Sequence record: OZ209057.1
Direction: 5' to 3' (one strand)
Length of the DNA: 64,000 nt
DNA from: Escherichia phage T4
The translations under genes and the position numbers were made by a program. Below, piece after piece: positions 51,153-60,539 of the stretch. The first letter of the stretch is position 1, and each line of letters begins with the position of its first letter. The notes under the pieces were generated by a model. It was not told where the DNA came from and did no database searches. It saw only the letters and a program-made list of their open reading frames with translations.

Positions 51153-52067
51153 TTAAGATTTAAGTAAATCAACAATTTTAATTAACTTTTCACGCTCAGA
51201 TTTAGCTTTACTACTCAATCCAGATAGTCTGAAAATTTCATCATCATATTGTTGAATAGAAATATTCAGCTCTTCAATTTGCTTATTAAAATAATCAATT
51301 TGTTCAGAATGTTTTTCGTTACTACGAACTGGTACAGGTTTTGTAGGCAATTTAGTTGAACTGGATTCATTCGGGCGATAAATTAAAATGCAATTTGAAC
51401 CAATCGGGCATTTAGCACCAGATGAATATTCTAACGTTCCAGCTTCTTTTAAAACTTCAAAAGCTAAACAGAGATGATGCCCCATATTAACATAATCAGT
51501 AGAGCGAGCTCTGATGTAATAATCATCTCCACGAGTGCTAAATTTAAAGCATTTAAGGTCTTCTGTATTATTAGTTTTAAAAATCATTTGTTTATCTAGA
51601 CCTTTAGCCAATCGAGCACCTAATGCTAATAATCGTCGTTGATTTTCCCACAAATCTGCGATCATTTGGTCAAATGATAATTTCGGCATTAGCCGACCAT
51701 AAAGGTCATATCCTTTATTATAATTGCGAAGGATTTCACTCGCATTAATACGAGACAACGCTCCAATTTTATTAAGGGCTTTCATAATACGATTAGATAA
51801 ACTCATTCCAGACCCGTTTGTTCGCTGTAAATGTTTTTCTAATCCAAATCCAATATCAACTTTAAATTTATCTAAAATTTCAGCATGAACATCTCTGTCA
51901 ATAACATTCAAATCCAAAGTTGGGTTAAATCTATGAAAAAATTTATCTGGCTCTCCACGACGTAAAACAGTCCATTCATTCATCATTTTTTTATTAACTA
52001 AAGATTTAATTACTGCGTTGACATTATTAATTACTACTGACATATTTTCCTCACTCAATTTTACCAA
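51153..52067 (-). CDS. coiled-coil protein, member 4 of paralog array
   Basis: 304 aa; motif QRRLLALGARLAKGL; C-terminal coiled coil. Confidence 0.55.
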   Translation of the reverse strand: MVKLSEENMSVVINNVNAVIKSLVNKKMMNEWTVLRRGEPDKFFHRFNPTLDLNVIDRDVHAEILDKFKVDIGFGLEKHLQRTNGSGMSLSNRIMKALNKIGALSRINASEILRNYNKGYDLYGRLMPKLSFDQMIADLWENQRRLLALGARLAKGLDKQMIFKTNNTEDLKCFKFSTRGDDYYIRARSTDYVNMGHHLCLAFEVLKEAGTLEYSSGAKCPIGSNCILIYRPNESSSTKLPTKPVPVRSNEKHSEQIDYFNKQIEELNISIQQYDDEIFRLSGLSSKAKSEREKLIKIVDLLKS

Positions 52068-52452
52068 TTACGCGGAATAAGATTGAACAGACTATATAAG
52101 TACCACATATAGATTGAACTAATGCCATTCCAAAGAACCAAACAATATTATCAAACCATGTCTGTTTTACGTCGAAAGGACGTAAACTTACAGTAATATT
52201 ATCACCTTTTTCTATTGAAGAATACATCTCTGGGGAAATATATTCACTAAATCTATAACCGTCTTTGAGTTCATATACAGCAATAAACGATAAACTAGAC
52301 CCCTTTCCTTGAGTTCCTGTAAGGGTATTAACTACAGTAACATCATAATCTTTATAATGCATATAATCATTAATTGCGTAATAACCATATGCAATTACTA
52401 TACATAAACAACATATCAATAAATTCAATCTTTTAATTATCAACTGTTTCAT
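52051..52452 (-). CDS. membrane protein (two predicted TM segments)
   Basis: 133 aa; hydrophobic N- and C-terminal segments. Confidence 0.5.
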   Translation of the reverse strand: MKQLIIKRLNLLICCLCIVIAYGYYAINDYMHYKDYDVTVVNTLTGTQGKGSSLSFIAVYELKDGYRFSEYISPEMYSSIEKGDNITVSLRPFDVKQTWFDNIVWFFGMALVQSICGTYIVCSILFRVIGKIE

Positions 52453-52507
52453 AATAATCTCAATTAAAAGGGCTTAGAACCATTATACCATCCTTGGTAT
52501 AAAGCGG

Positions 52508-53035
52508 TTATGCGAGTACCGTATTTAACCGTTCTTCAAACTTCCGAAGAGTGTTCTGGCGTTCAGCTCTTTGCTTTTTGTAAGTTTCAATACGCTCTGA
52601 AATGAGAGTGTATCGTTCATTTACTGATTCTTTCATAAAATCAGGAATTTCACGAGAAGCTTTAATCTCGTCAAATTTATCAATAACAGCTTGCTCTTCA
52701 GCAATTAAGTTATCATACATCAAAATATCTTTCTTGATGAACTCAATATCTTCTTGAGTTACACGAGATAATTTAGATGCTTTATCCTTTTTGTACTGTT
52801 CGTTAGTATCACGAGACCAGTGTAATGTACGATTTTTATTCGTATTCTTGTAAATTTCTACAATACCAATCTCATCGATAATAACGATCCAATTCCAACG
52901 GGATTTGTAAATTTGTCCTCCATTAACAGTGATTTCACCTCCGATTGAGATGTCATTAAAGAACTTGCTTTGTGCTTCTGATTTAAATTTACCATCGTTG
53001 TAATTTACCAGGTTGAAAATATCTTTAGCGTTCAT
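52508..53035 (-). CDS. hypothetical protein
   Basis: ATG at 53035 after GGAGG, downstream of promoter 53064..53093. Confidence 0.5.
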   Translation of the reverse strand: MNAKDIFNLVNYNDGKFKSEAQSKFFNDISIGGEITVNGGQIYKSRWNWIVIIDEIGIVEIYKNTNKNRTLHWSRDTNEQYKKDKASKLSRVTQEDIEFIKKDILMYDNLIAEEQAVIDKFDEIKASREIPDFMKESVNERYTLISERIETYKKQRAERQNTLRKFEERLNTVLA

Positions 53036-53063
53036 TTTGTGTTCCTCCGTAGTTGATAGTTGT

Positions 53064-53093
53064 ATAGTACCACAGAGGAACGGTCTTGTAAAC
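53064..53093 (-). promoter_or_regulatory. early-type promoter GTTTAC-N18-TACTAT
   Basis: plus strand atagta 53064..53069, gtaaac 53088..53093; flanked by inverted repeat gttcctc/gaggaac. Confidence 0.5.
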
Positions 53094-53095
53094 AA

Positions 53096-53410
53096 CTAAA
53101 AGAAACTTCTTTCACAATTTTTTCCACTGAACCAAGCGCTCACTGCTTTCTTAGTTTCAGGAGCAGTGTTATCCATAAACCATTCAAAGGCAGCCTTTTT
53201 ATGATTCTGGAGGGCTTCTCGGGCTTTAATCTGCTCACGGTCTATTAACACTAACATATGAGCCTTTCTTGTCACCAGGGGCTTCTTATGATTTTTTGAA
53301 TACTCCCAATCATTTGTCCATCGCATCGTTGTTGCGAATTGAAATACAGCTTCTTTAATCTTAGTTTCGTAAATTTCACGAGCCTTTGAGTATAACATCA
53401 TTACCTCCAT
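53096..53410 (-). CDS. hypothetical protein
   Basis: 104 aa ORF. Confidence 0.5.
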   Translation of the reverse strand: MEVMMLYSKAREIYETKIKEAVFQFATTMRWTNDWEYSKNHKKPLVTRKAHMLVLIDREQIKAREALQNHKKAAFEWFMDNTAPETKKAVSAWFSGKNCERSFF

Positions 53411-53500
53411 TTACCAGTTTAATTCTAGTCATCTTTTTGATGGCAGTCCATATAATCTATTTCTGAACTGCCTTTTTGTCTTAGAAGGCCTCTTATGAAT

Positions 53501-54469
53501 TTATTTCAGAAGAGTAACCGTAGCGATTTCTTCCCAACCGTTTTTGTCGGTCATAATAAAGTCAGCAAGATAAAGTGCAGTACGCAGTGAAACATTACGT
53601 AAACGGTTAACATTGACTTTCATCCATGATAATGCTTTATAAGTTTCTTCATCAGAAAGACCACGCTTTTGCATCATGTCGGTTGAAAGAATAACATCTT
53701 CAACCCTGACCATAATTTCTTCATTAGTGTGAACACCCAAATCCAAATAAACTGAGCGGGACACTAATGCTTGTAAATGTGGAGCAAGTTTAGTACCACG
53801 GTCTAATTCGCGGTCAATGTCAACGTTTGTGATAAAAACAATTGTTCCTTTAAATTCAAACTCACGCTCAATGCCTTTTTCTTCTAAGTAAGAAGATGCA
53901 GTGCTCCAGCAGACTTTACGGGTCTCTCCAGTGTCCAGAGCAGCTTTCAGAAGATTAAGAATGTCCATATCAGAGAAAACATCCACATCATCAATCAAAA
54001 GGACAGAATTCTCTTCACGATTATTCCAAAGCTGTTCATAAAGACCGATACCAGAGATTTTACCGTTAATGCTTTTATACTCAATGTATCCAATATCATT
54101 TGCTTTATTCAAAGCTTTATCTAAAGAATATGTTTTACCAATACCCGCCGCACCAGAGATAATTAATGAACGAATATTTCCGTTAATAATACCATTCGTC
54201 ATCATTCCCATAACATTAAATCTTTTATTAATGCGGGTTTTCATATCTTCATATGATTCTTTAACTTCTTCAACTTTTACACCATCATATGAAATGTCTG
54301 ATTTGTAAACCCAAACACCGCGACGTTTACCGTCAATTTCAACAAAAACTTTACCATCTCCTTGTGCATCTACCGGAGCATTATCAGGGAACCATTCACC
54401 TAAGAGCTCAAAAGTTCCAGAGATTTCTTTACCGAAGTAGATACCCTTATTGATAGTTACAGTTTTCAT
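53501..54469 (-). CDS. P-loop ATPase (AAA-like), nrdC.10 position
   Basis: Walker A GAAGIGKTYS, Walker B LLIDDVD; ATG at 54469 after GGAG. Confidence 0.65.
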   Translation of the reverse strand: MKTVTINKGIYFGKEISGTFELLGEWFPDNAPVDAQGDGKVFVEIDGKRRGVWVYKSDISYDGVKVEEVKESYEDMKTRINKRFNVMGMMTNGIINGNIRSLIISGAAGIGKTYSLDKALNKANDIGYIEYKSINGKISGIGLYEQLWNNREENSVLLIDDVDVFSDMDILNLLKAALDTGETRKVCWSTASSYLEEKGIEREFEFKGTIVFITNVDIDRELDRGTKLAPHLQALVSRSVYLDLGVHTNEEIMVRVEDVILSTDMMQKRGLSDEETYKALSWMKVNVNRLRNVSLRTALYLADFIMTDKNGWEEIATVTLLK

Positions 54470-54553
54470 TTTATTCTCCAAATCCGTATCAGTTGATAGT
54501 TGTATAGTACCATAAAGCTTTATGCTTGTAAACCGTTTTGTGAAAAAATTTTG
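54465..54553. repeat. promoter-leader repeat, copy C (near-identical to 26155..26248)
   Basis: contains early promoter atagta 54504..54509 / gtaaac 54528..54533 and the ttattctccaaatccgtatcag leader. Confidence 0.75.
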
Positions 54554-54563
54554 AAATAAAAAA

Positions 54564-54581
54564 GGGAGCCCGAAGGCTCCC
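54564..54581 (-). terminator. rho-independent terminator (UUCG hairpin + U6)
   Basis: gggagcc cgaa ggctccc preceded on plus strand by aaaaaa. Confidence 0.75.
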
Positions 54582-54583
54582 TA

Positions 54584-55630
54584 TCATTTATAATAACTTC
54601 GATGGTTTTCAAGATAAACCCTCTCAAGGAAGTCATCCCAGAAACTCATGTCTACTTTTTGCTGCATACCGTTCTTAGAAGCTTCAGTAGATGCTGCTTC
54701 TACTTGATCGACCACATCTTCCAAAAACTCTTGAACGGTTTTAAATGGATGCTTACCCAACTTCACGTCGAGAATAAATGGAGCATCTTGGAGTGGATAA
54801 ACCAAGTCACCAGTTTTGTAAATTTCCAATAGTTGAAGTCCACCACGACAAGCATGGCTCAGAGCTTTCCAGTCAATGCCTTCATTGGCTTCGGCCTTAC
54901 GAGCACGTTCGCCGTATTCAGCATCTAATTTGTTCAGTGACTGCTTAAGCTCAATAAGAGAAAGCGTTGTCTGATATTTACGACCCAACACTGTGTAAAA
55001 CGTTTGTGGGCCTGTTTTCTCATGATTATGGAACACCCATTCACAGAATTCGTTTTCTGGAAGACGATGCTTAATATCTTCAACTTTAGTACGACGCTGC
55101 TTAATGGAACCATCTTCTTGGTAATCAACCCATTGCTCAGGGATTTGATTAACTACTTTCAATACATCGCGTAATGCAGCCAAACGAGAACCCTTGACGC
55201 CGTATTTAGAAGCTTGCTTGCGGACATATCCTAAATATGATTTCATGTTAGTCGTATAAAAACGAGAACGGTTGTCTTGAATAAACTTCCACACATCAGG
55301 CAAATCGGATTTAACCACTAGTTCAGGTGGAGTGTGGAGCATATCCAATGCTACAGTTTCACCATCTGCTGCTAATTTAAAGAAATACTTAAGACTATAC
55401 AATTCGTGGTCAATATCATCTTTAGTGTTTTTAGATGATGTGTTGTTGGTATTTTTACTCATGTGCTCTTTGACGTTTCCAATAAGAATATCGCGAGCAG
55501 GAGGAACAAAGATTTCTTTAAAATCTACATCAGATTCTGGAGTAGAAGTTCCATAAAGATGACTACCAAAATAAGACTTAACTACAGTTTTCATTATTAG
55601 ACCTTTCATAATCTTCATTAAATTGTACAA
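54584..55630 (-). CDS. predicted nucleotidyltransferase-fold protein, nrdC.11 position
   Basis: 348 aa; N-terminal FGSHLYGTSTPESDVDFKEIF resembles pol-beta-type NTase GS...DxD motif. Confidence 0.5.
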   Translation of the reverse strand: MYNLMKIMKGLIMKTVVKSYFGSHLYGTSTPESDVDFKEIFVPPARDILIGNVKEHMSKNTNNTSSKNTKDDIDHELYSLKYFFKLAADGETVALDMLHTPPELVVKSDLPDVWKFIQDNRSRFYTTNMKSYLGYVRKQASKYGVKGSRLAALRDVLKVVNQIPEQWVDYQEDGSIKQRRTKVEDIKHRLPENEFCEWVFHNHEKTGPQTFYTVLGRKYQTTLSLIELKQSLNKLDAEYGERARKAEANEGIDWKALSHACRGGLQLLEIYKTGDLVYPLQDAPFILDVKLGKHPFKTVQEFLEDVVDQVEAASTEASKNGMQQKVDMSFWDDFLERVYLENHRSYYK

Positions 55631-56357
55631 TCAATCGATGATAATTAGATTTTGGATATCCTAATTTACTTATATAAGTTCCGAATGACCCACGTTTAGG
55701 TCTATTTAATTTAATCCATAACTTATAAAGTAAGTCATAGTCTTGCCAATGTTTACCAGTTCTTTGTCTAATTTTAGATGAATTTGATTGTTTCTTTTTA
55801 GTTTCAAAATTATTCAAAGATTTTTTGACTGCAGCAGAGTGTTTTTCTTTAACTCCCGGTCGTTTAAAAGCAGCTTTCACCCCTTTAGATATTTTTTCTT
55901 TAACTTCCGGTTTGTTTTGTGCTTCTAACTGGGATTCTGAAATTTTAGCCCTTATTTCAGGAAGACTTAATGTTATCGAACGTTTTTCTCTGTATTCATT
56001 AGACTTCCACATTTCTTTCATTGTATTAGAATGTATTTTTGAAAATTTTTCTCTAACTAACTGATATCCTCTTGAAGTTAATTTGAGATTTCTTCCTAAA
56101 GAATCTTCTCCAAAATTATAAAATGACCACCATGCATAAATTAATCCAGGCGAATTGTAATGAATTTTAGCTAAAAGCCAATGGGCTATAAAATGCTCTC
56201 TAGCTGTTAATAAAACTAGATTATCAGAATCATCATTACCACCAATACAAGATGGAATAATATGATGCTTTTCCGTATAAAAATTTAATTTAGATTTATC
56301 TAATTTTCTGAGTTTTCCTTTCTTAATTAAATTATTATATACTTTAGTATAATTCAT
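55578..56357 (-). CDS. mobD: HNH homing endonuclease MobD
   Basis: 259 aa; EKHHIIPSCIGGNDDSDNLV. Confidence 0.8.
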   Translation of the reverse strand: MNYTKVYNNLIKKGKLRKLDKSKLNFYTEKHHIIPSCIGGNDDSDNLVLLTAREHFIAHWLLAKIHYNSPGLIYAWWSFYNFGEDSLGRNLKLTSRGYQLVREKFSKIHSNTMKEMWKSNEYREKRSITLSLPEIRAKISESQLEAQNKPEVKEKISKGVKAAFKRPGVKEKHSAAVKKSLNNFETKKKQSNSSKIRQRTGKHWQDYDLLYKLWIKLNRPKRGSFGTYISKLGYPKSNYHRLIVQFNEDYERSNNENCS

Positions 56358-56431
56358 TGGTTCTTCGTCTCATTTAATTTTGCTTTGCATTTATAACACA
56401 TGTCTGTTCCACTTGAAATAAACATATTTCC

Positions 56432-56977
56432 TCACTTTGAAATCATAGTTGGAATAACAGAATCAAGATAAGTCTTTAGTGCAATAGCTTCGTCTTTGTT
56501 TAATGTAATGATATGTGATCGAAAATCATCAATTTGACGAATAGATACTACATCTCCCTCTTCATAGCATTTTGAAACATTTAAAATAGTTTCATCATTC
56601 TGATTACAGGAGTTAGTAATAATAGCATTACATTTTTTAAACCATTTTAAATTATGTTTTCTTTTAGTAGAATCATAAAAATATTTAATGTTAGTTATAA
56701 AATTATCCCAATTATTAATTGATAAGCACATTGACTCGCTTTTAATATTAAATCCTGGGCATGAAGAATAAAAATGAATTTTATGCTCATCATTAATGCT
56801 TACAATTTTATCAGTGTAAGCATATTCAATTTGGGTTAAACGAACAATTTCGCTAGGCGTAAAATATAGCATGTCATCTTCTTGCGTCAAACGATACATG
56901 TTATTTACTTTTTCTATAGCCAATTCACCAAAAAGTGGACTAACTTCTAATACTAGTCGTTTCGCCTCGCTCATCAT
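56432..56977 (-). CDS. hypothetical protein
   Basis: 181 aa ORF downstream of promoter 57110..57139. Confidence 0.5.
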   Translation of the reverse strand: MMSEAKRLVLEVSPLFGELAIEKVNNMYRLTQEDDMLYFTPSEIVRLTQIEYAYTDKIVSINDEHKIHFYSSCPGFNIKSESMCLSINNWDNFITNIKYFYDSTKRKHNLKWFKKCNAIITNSCNQNDETILNVSKCYEEGDVVSIRQIDDFRSHIITLNKDEAIALKTYLDSVIPTMISK

Positions 56978-57109
56978 TACATACTCCTCTGAATCATATT
57001 AATAATGTTATTCACCAGATTATAAGTAAACATTGGGTAATTATATTGAATCATCACATATATAACAAACAAAACTTTCATTCTCTTCTCCTTGGCAGTT
57101 GACAAGATT

Positions 57110-57139
57110 ACTATACCATAATCTTGTCAACTTGTAAAC
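57110..57139 (-). promoter_or_regulatory. early-type promoter GTTTAC-N18-TATAGT
   Basis: plus strand actata 57110..57115, gtaaac 57134..57139. Confidence 0.5.
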
Positions 57140-57304
57140 CATTAAATGACGTTTTCGATAAAATTTTGAAGCTTTGTATGAGCATCAACCATGATTTTCA
57201 TTTCTTCCTTGGCAAAAGCTGTGCCTCTTTCCCGAGAAGAACATTCATAGTCAGAAACTGCATTAGCATATTCTTCAATTAGCTTCATTAAAAACATCTG
57301 TTTT

Positions 57305-57499
57305 TCAGTTTTCATTATTCCACCTAATCATTTCAAGATATTGAACTAACTTAGCTTTGGATTTATCCAAATCCCTTTTAGCTGCTTCTATACCGTCGTA
57401 TGAATATCCTTCACAATGCTCAACTGCTAATTGATATGAATCTATTTCAATATCATGCGCTAATTTAATGATTTTTTCAAACTGTTCGCGTGTTAGCAT
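57305..57499 (-). CDS. hypothetical small protein
   Basis: 64 aa ORF. Confidence 0.5.
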   Translation of the reverse strand: MLTREQFEKIIKLAHDIEIDSYQLAVEHCEGYSYDGIEAAKRDLDKSKAKLVQYLEMIRWNNEN

Positions 57500-57501
57500 A
57501 C

Positions 57502-57720
57502 TTAAACTCTCGTATTATGATCGATAATTTCATCAAGAAACATATCTAACGCTTCTACAGCATTATTAACTTTAGCTTCAAATTCTTCAATACCTGATAA
57601 GGCAAAGTTAATGCGTTCCTCATCTGCTTTACGAATTAAAGCTACCAATTCCTTAATTTTATCCGCTTGTTCGATACTAATCATTATTCCACCACATATG
57701 AAAGAGAGAATATTGCACAC
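57502..57720 (-). CDS. hypothetical small protein
   Basis: 72 aa ORF. Confidence 0.5.
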
Positions 57721-57872
57721 GCCATGTGAGTTGCAACTTCATCACACATATTATAACGTTTCTTAAGAAGTTCTACAAGTTCTTCACTAGTAACTTCATC
57801 CATGTCGACGAAAAAATCACCATTAATGATGACGTAGATATTTCCTTCTTGATTGAGTGCTTCAATTTTCAT
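57684..57872 (-). CDS. hypothetical small protein
   Basis: ATG at 57872 after AGAGGAG; track start lies upstream of promoter -10. Confidence 0.5.
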
Positions 57873-57900
57873 GATGTTCTCCTCTTTATCCGATGGTTGT

Positions 57901-57930
57901 ATAGTACCACAGCTCAAACGGAAAGTAAAC
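57901..57930 (-). promoter_or_regulatory. early-type promoter GTTTAC-N18-TACTAT
   Basis: plus strand atagta 57901..57906, gtaaac 57925..57930. Confidence 0.5.
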
Positions 57931-57946
57931 CGGTAAAATGAAAAAA

Positions 57947-57963
57947 GTCTCCCGAAGGAGACT
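57947..57963 (-). terminator. rho-independent terminator (UUCG hairpin + U-run)
   Basis: agtctcc cgaa ggagact preceded on plus strand by aaaaaa. Confidence 0.7.
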
Positions 57964-57967
57964 AATG

Positions 57968-58189
57968 TTATTCGAGGGAAAGAAGATACTTACTCTGGTA
58001 AAACATTCCAGTAATATCATCTATCGTGCTTTGGATGGCTGGAGGCATTTCTTTATAAATGCTGTTAGATTGGTCTAGTATGCGATCAATCATTTTAATT
58101 GTGTCGGTAGGAAGTTTACTGGCATCTGGAATTGAAGGCGTGTATTTTCGACCAGAATACCCCAAATATTGCTCACCCAAATTTATCAA
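57968..58189 (-). CDS. hypothetical small protein
   Basis: 73 aa ORF. Confidence 0.5.
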
Positions 58190-58355
58190 TCAAATCTGGC
58201 AACTCGGAAAAAATAAAATCGTATGCTTTGGGTCTAGCATAACTTTTAGTTTCAAAATGTGCAGAATGAAAATAAGCTTGTGCAGCCATTAATAAACCTA
58301 AGTATTCATCTGCCTTTGAAGGTTTTCCACTTTGTGAAAAGTCGCTGAATTTCAT
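58173..58355 (-). CDS. hypothetical small protein (rI.-1 position)
   Basis: 60 aa ORF. Confidence 0.5.
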   Translation of the reverse strand: MKFSDFSQSGKPSKADEYLGLLMAAQAYFHSAHFETKSYARPKAYDFIFSELPDLIDKFG

Positions 58356-58645
58356 TCAGTCTCCAATTTAATGTTCATAATTCTAGCGTATGATTGTGCC
58401 ATCTCCGCGCCTCGCTCTATACATTCAAAATCAGAAGAGCACGGGTCATTTTTATAGGTCGTTCTCATAAAACTATAGAATTGTTCAGACGATTCTACGC
58501 TTTTATTTTCAAAAAGCATATAAACGTGCCTAATACCAGATTCCATAAATTTATCAAAATGAGGATCGACATTCGCTTCAATCGATGGAGATAAAACAAA
58601 TGACAATCCTAGCATGGCAAAAAGTGCTGTTGCTTTTAAGGCCAT
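58352..58645 (-). CDS. rI: lysis-inhibition regulator RI
   Basis: 97 aa; N-terminal signal-anchor MALKATALFAMLGLSFVLSPSIEA; matches T4 RI as recalled. Confidence 0.85.
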   Translation of the reverse strand: MALKATALFAMLGLSFVLSPSIEANVDPHFDKFMESGIRHVYMLFENKSVESSEQFYSFMRTTYKNDPCSSDFECIERGAEMAQSYARIMNIKLETE

Positions 58646-58657
58646 AAAGGCCTCCTA

Positions 58658-58870
58658 TCATTTTTGTCCTGTATTTACTTTGTGCCGATGCACGGCCTTA
58701 ACTTTATCAAGGTATTTTTCAAAATTTCGCAATCTAGTATAGTCTGCCGGAGATTGGTTGAGTGATACTTCTCGACGCAAAGCTGAAATGATATTTCCAA
58801 CTTCCCTACGAATTTCATCTAATTGAAGAACAGTAAGATTGCGAAGTTGCTTTTCAGTTAATTGTAGCAT
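58658..58870 (-). CDS. hypothetical small protein (rI.1 position)
   Basis: 70 aa ORF. Confidence 0.5.
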
Positions 58871-58912
58871 ATATACCCCTTTAGTTAGATAAACCTATTT
58901 ATAACTTTTGCA

Positions 58913-59494
58913 CTAACCGAGCTTTTTAGTTAATTCATTCCAATGTTTTCTACACAAAGAAACATAAATTTCATCACCAATACAAATTTGATTACCTTCT
59001 TTAACTGGTGTTCCATCTTCCATTAATCGAGCTGTCATAATCGCTTTTTTACCACAATGACAAACTGCTTTTAGTTCAATAAGTTTATCTGCAATCGCTA
59101 AAAGTTCTTTAGAACCTTCAAATAATTTTCCAGCGAAATCAGTCCTTAGCCCATAAGCCATAACAGGAACATTATATGTATCAACAATTCGGCTCAATTG
59201 ATGCACCTGTTCAGTTTTTAAAAACTGAGCTTCATCTACAAATACGCAATGAATATCTTTTTGTGCTTCAGCCCATTTATAGAACTCGAAAATATCCATA
59301 TCATCTGTAATAATATTCGCTTCCTGCTTAATTCCAATGCGAGAAACGACTTCACAGACAGAATCGCGAGTATCAATAGCAGGCTTAAGAACTAATACAC
59401 TCATTCCACGTTCTTTATAATTATGTGCAGCAGTCAAAAGAGAAGCAGATTTTCCAGCATTCATTGCTGCATAAGTAAAAATTAAACTCGCCAT
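58913..59494 (-). CDS. tk: thymidine kinase
   Basis: 193 aa; P-loop AMNAGKSASL; zinc-binding CHCGKKA...C. Confidence 0.9.
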   Translation of the reverse strand: MASLIFTYAAMNAGKSASLLTAAHNYKERGMSVLVLKPAIDTRDSVCEVVSRIGIKQEANIITDDMDIFEFYKWAEAQKDIHCVFVDEAQFLKTEQVHQLSRIVDTYNVPVMAYGLRTDFAGKLFEGSKELLAIADKLIELKAVCHCGKKAIMTARLMEDGTPVKEGNQICIGDEIYVSLCRKHWNELTKKLG

Positions 59495-59495
59495 C

Positions 59496-59684
59496 TTAGT
59501 CCTTAGTTAAATTTTCTAAATATGTTTCTAAATCATTTTCAGCTTTATCGATAGATTTTACTAATTCGTAATATGTTTCGGCATCTCCATATTCAGAAGA
59601 TATTTCAAAAGACAAATCCTTTTCTAAACTAATAATTTCACCAACTAAAAATAATATTTCGTTCTTTTGTTCGCGAGTAATCAT
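59496..59684 (-). CDS. hypothetical small protein (tk.1 position)
   Basis: 62 aa ORF. Confidence 0.5.
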   Translation of the reverse strand: MITREQKNEILFLVGEIISLEKDLSFEISSEYGDAETYYELVKSIDKAENDLETYLENLTKD

Positions 59685-59872
59685 AAGGAATTTATATAAT
59701 CAATGAGTTCTTGTTCTTTATTATCGAATTCTTTAGAAAGTTCTTCGTACTCGTTTGCGCTAAAAGGACCGCATTCATTACAAACTTTTTCCAATTCACT
59801 ATTTTTATCCATAACTTCGTGGATAAGAGAAAAGAGTGTGTCTTTTTGTTCTTTGCTTAAACTCATAACCAT
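59681..59872 (-). CDS. hypothetical small protein (tk.2 position)
   Basis: 63 aa ORF; related to tk.1-position ORF (EKDLSFEI / ELEKVCNE acidic helical). Confidence 0.5.
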   Translation of the reverse strand: MVMSLSKEQKDTLFSLIHEVMDKNSELEKVCNECGPFSANEYEELSKEFDNKEQELIDYINSL

Positions 59873-60090
59873 GTCACCTTTAAGCAGTATTCTTCTACAT
59901 GCTGTTTACGACCTTTCTTATCAATAAAGGTATATTCAACGAATGTTCCAATGTAGTCTTTATCTACATCATGTGGACTATTAATTGGACATTTAGTGCG
60001 ACAAATGCGTTCCCATTGACGAATAATTACTGCCTTATTCTTTGGGTCATATGGATGTGGATAATGTATATTCATAATAATGGTTCCCAA
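59863..60090 (-). CDS. hypothetical small protein (tk.3 position)
   Basis: 75 aa ORF. Confidence 0.5.
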   Translation of the reverse strand: MGTIIMNIHYPHPYDPKNKAVIIRQWERICRTKCPINSPHDVDKDYIGTFVEYTFIDKKGRKQHVEEYCLKVTWL

Positions 60091-60539
60091 TCAACAATCA
60101 CAATTTCTAATTTAGAGGAATATGTATCTAAAATCCCCTCAATAATATCCCAGTTCCCTTTACCTATGCCTGCACCAATCCTAGGCATATAGATTGTAGG
60201 TTTAATCAGTTTATTTTCACCAAACTCATTTAATTCTAACATACAATTCATTAAAGCGGAATACTCAAAATTTGGCCCTGGTTGAAATTGAGTATAAAGA
60301 TTGAAGCAGTAAGCTTTATGAGTCCTAAAGTATTTTTCATAGACTGAGTAAGAACCGAGTTTAGTTACATCACCCCATTCAGTCTGTAATTTATCAGCTT
60401 CCAAAATTTTAGGGAAAGCTTTGGTTAATTGACCCGCTACGCCTGAACCCATAGTATGAAAACAATTACATCCATGTGCAATATTTTTACCTTCAGCGAA
60501 AAGGGCGACAATATCGCCCTTGATATATTTTACAATCAT
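60072..60539 (-). CDS. macro-domain protein (ADP-ribose binding/processing), tk.4 position
   Basis: 155 aa; GDIVALFAEGKNIAHGCNCFHTMGSGVAGQL macro-domain signature. Confidence 0.7.
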   Translation of the reverse strand: MIVKYIKGDIVALFAEGKNIAHGCNCFHTMGSGVAGQLTKAFPKILEADKLQTEWGDVTKLGSYSVYEKYFRTHKAYCFNLYTQFQPGPNFEYSALMNCMLELNEFGENKLIKPTIYMPRIGAGIGKGNWDIIEGILDTYSSKLEIVIVDWEPLL

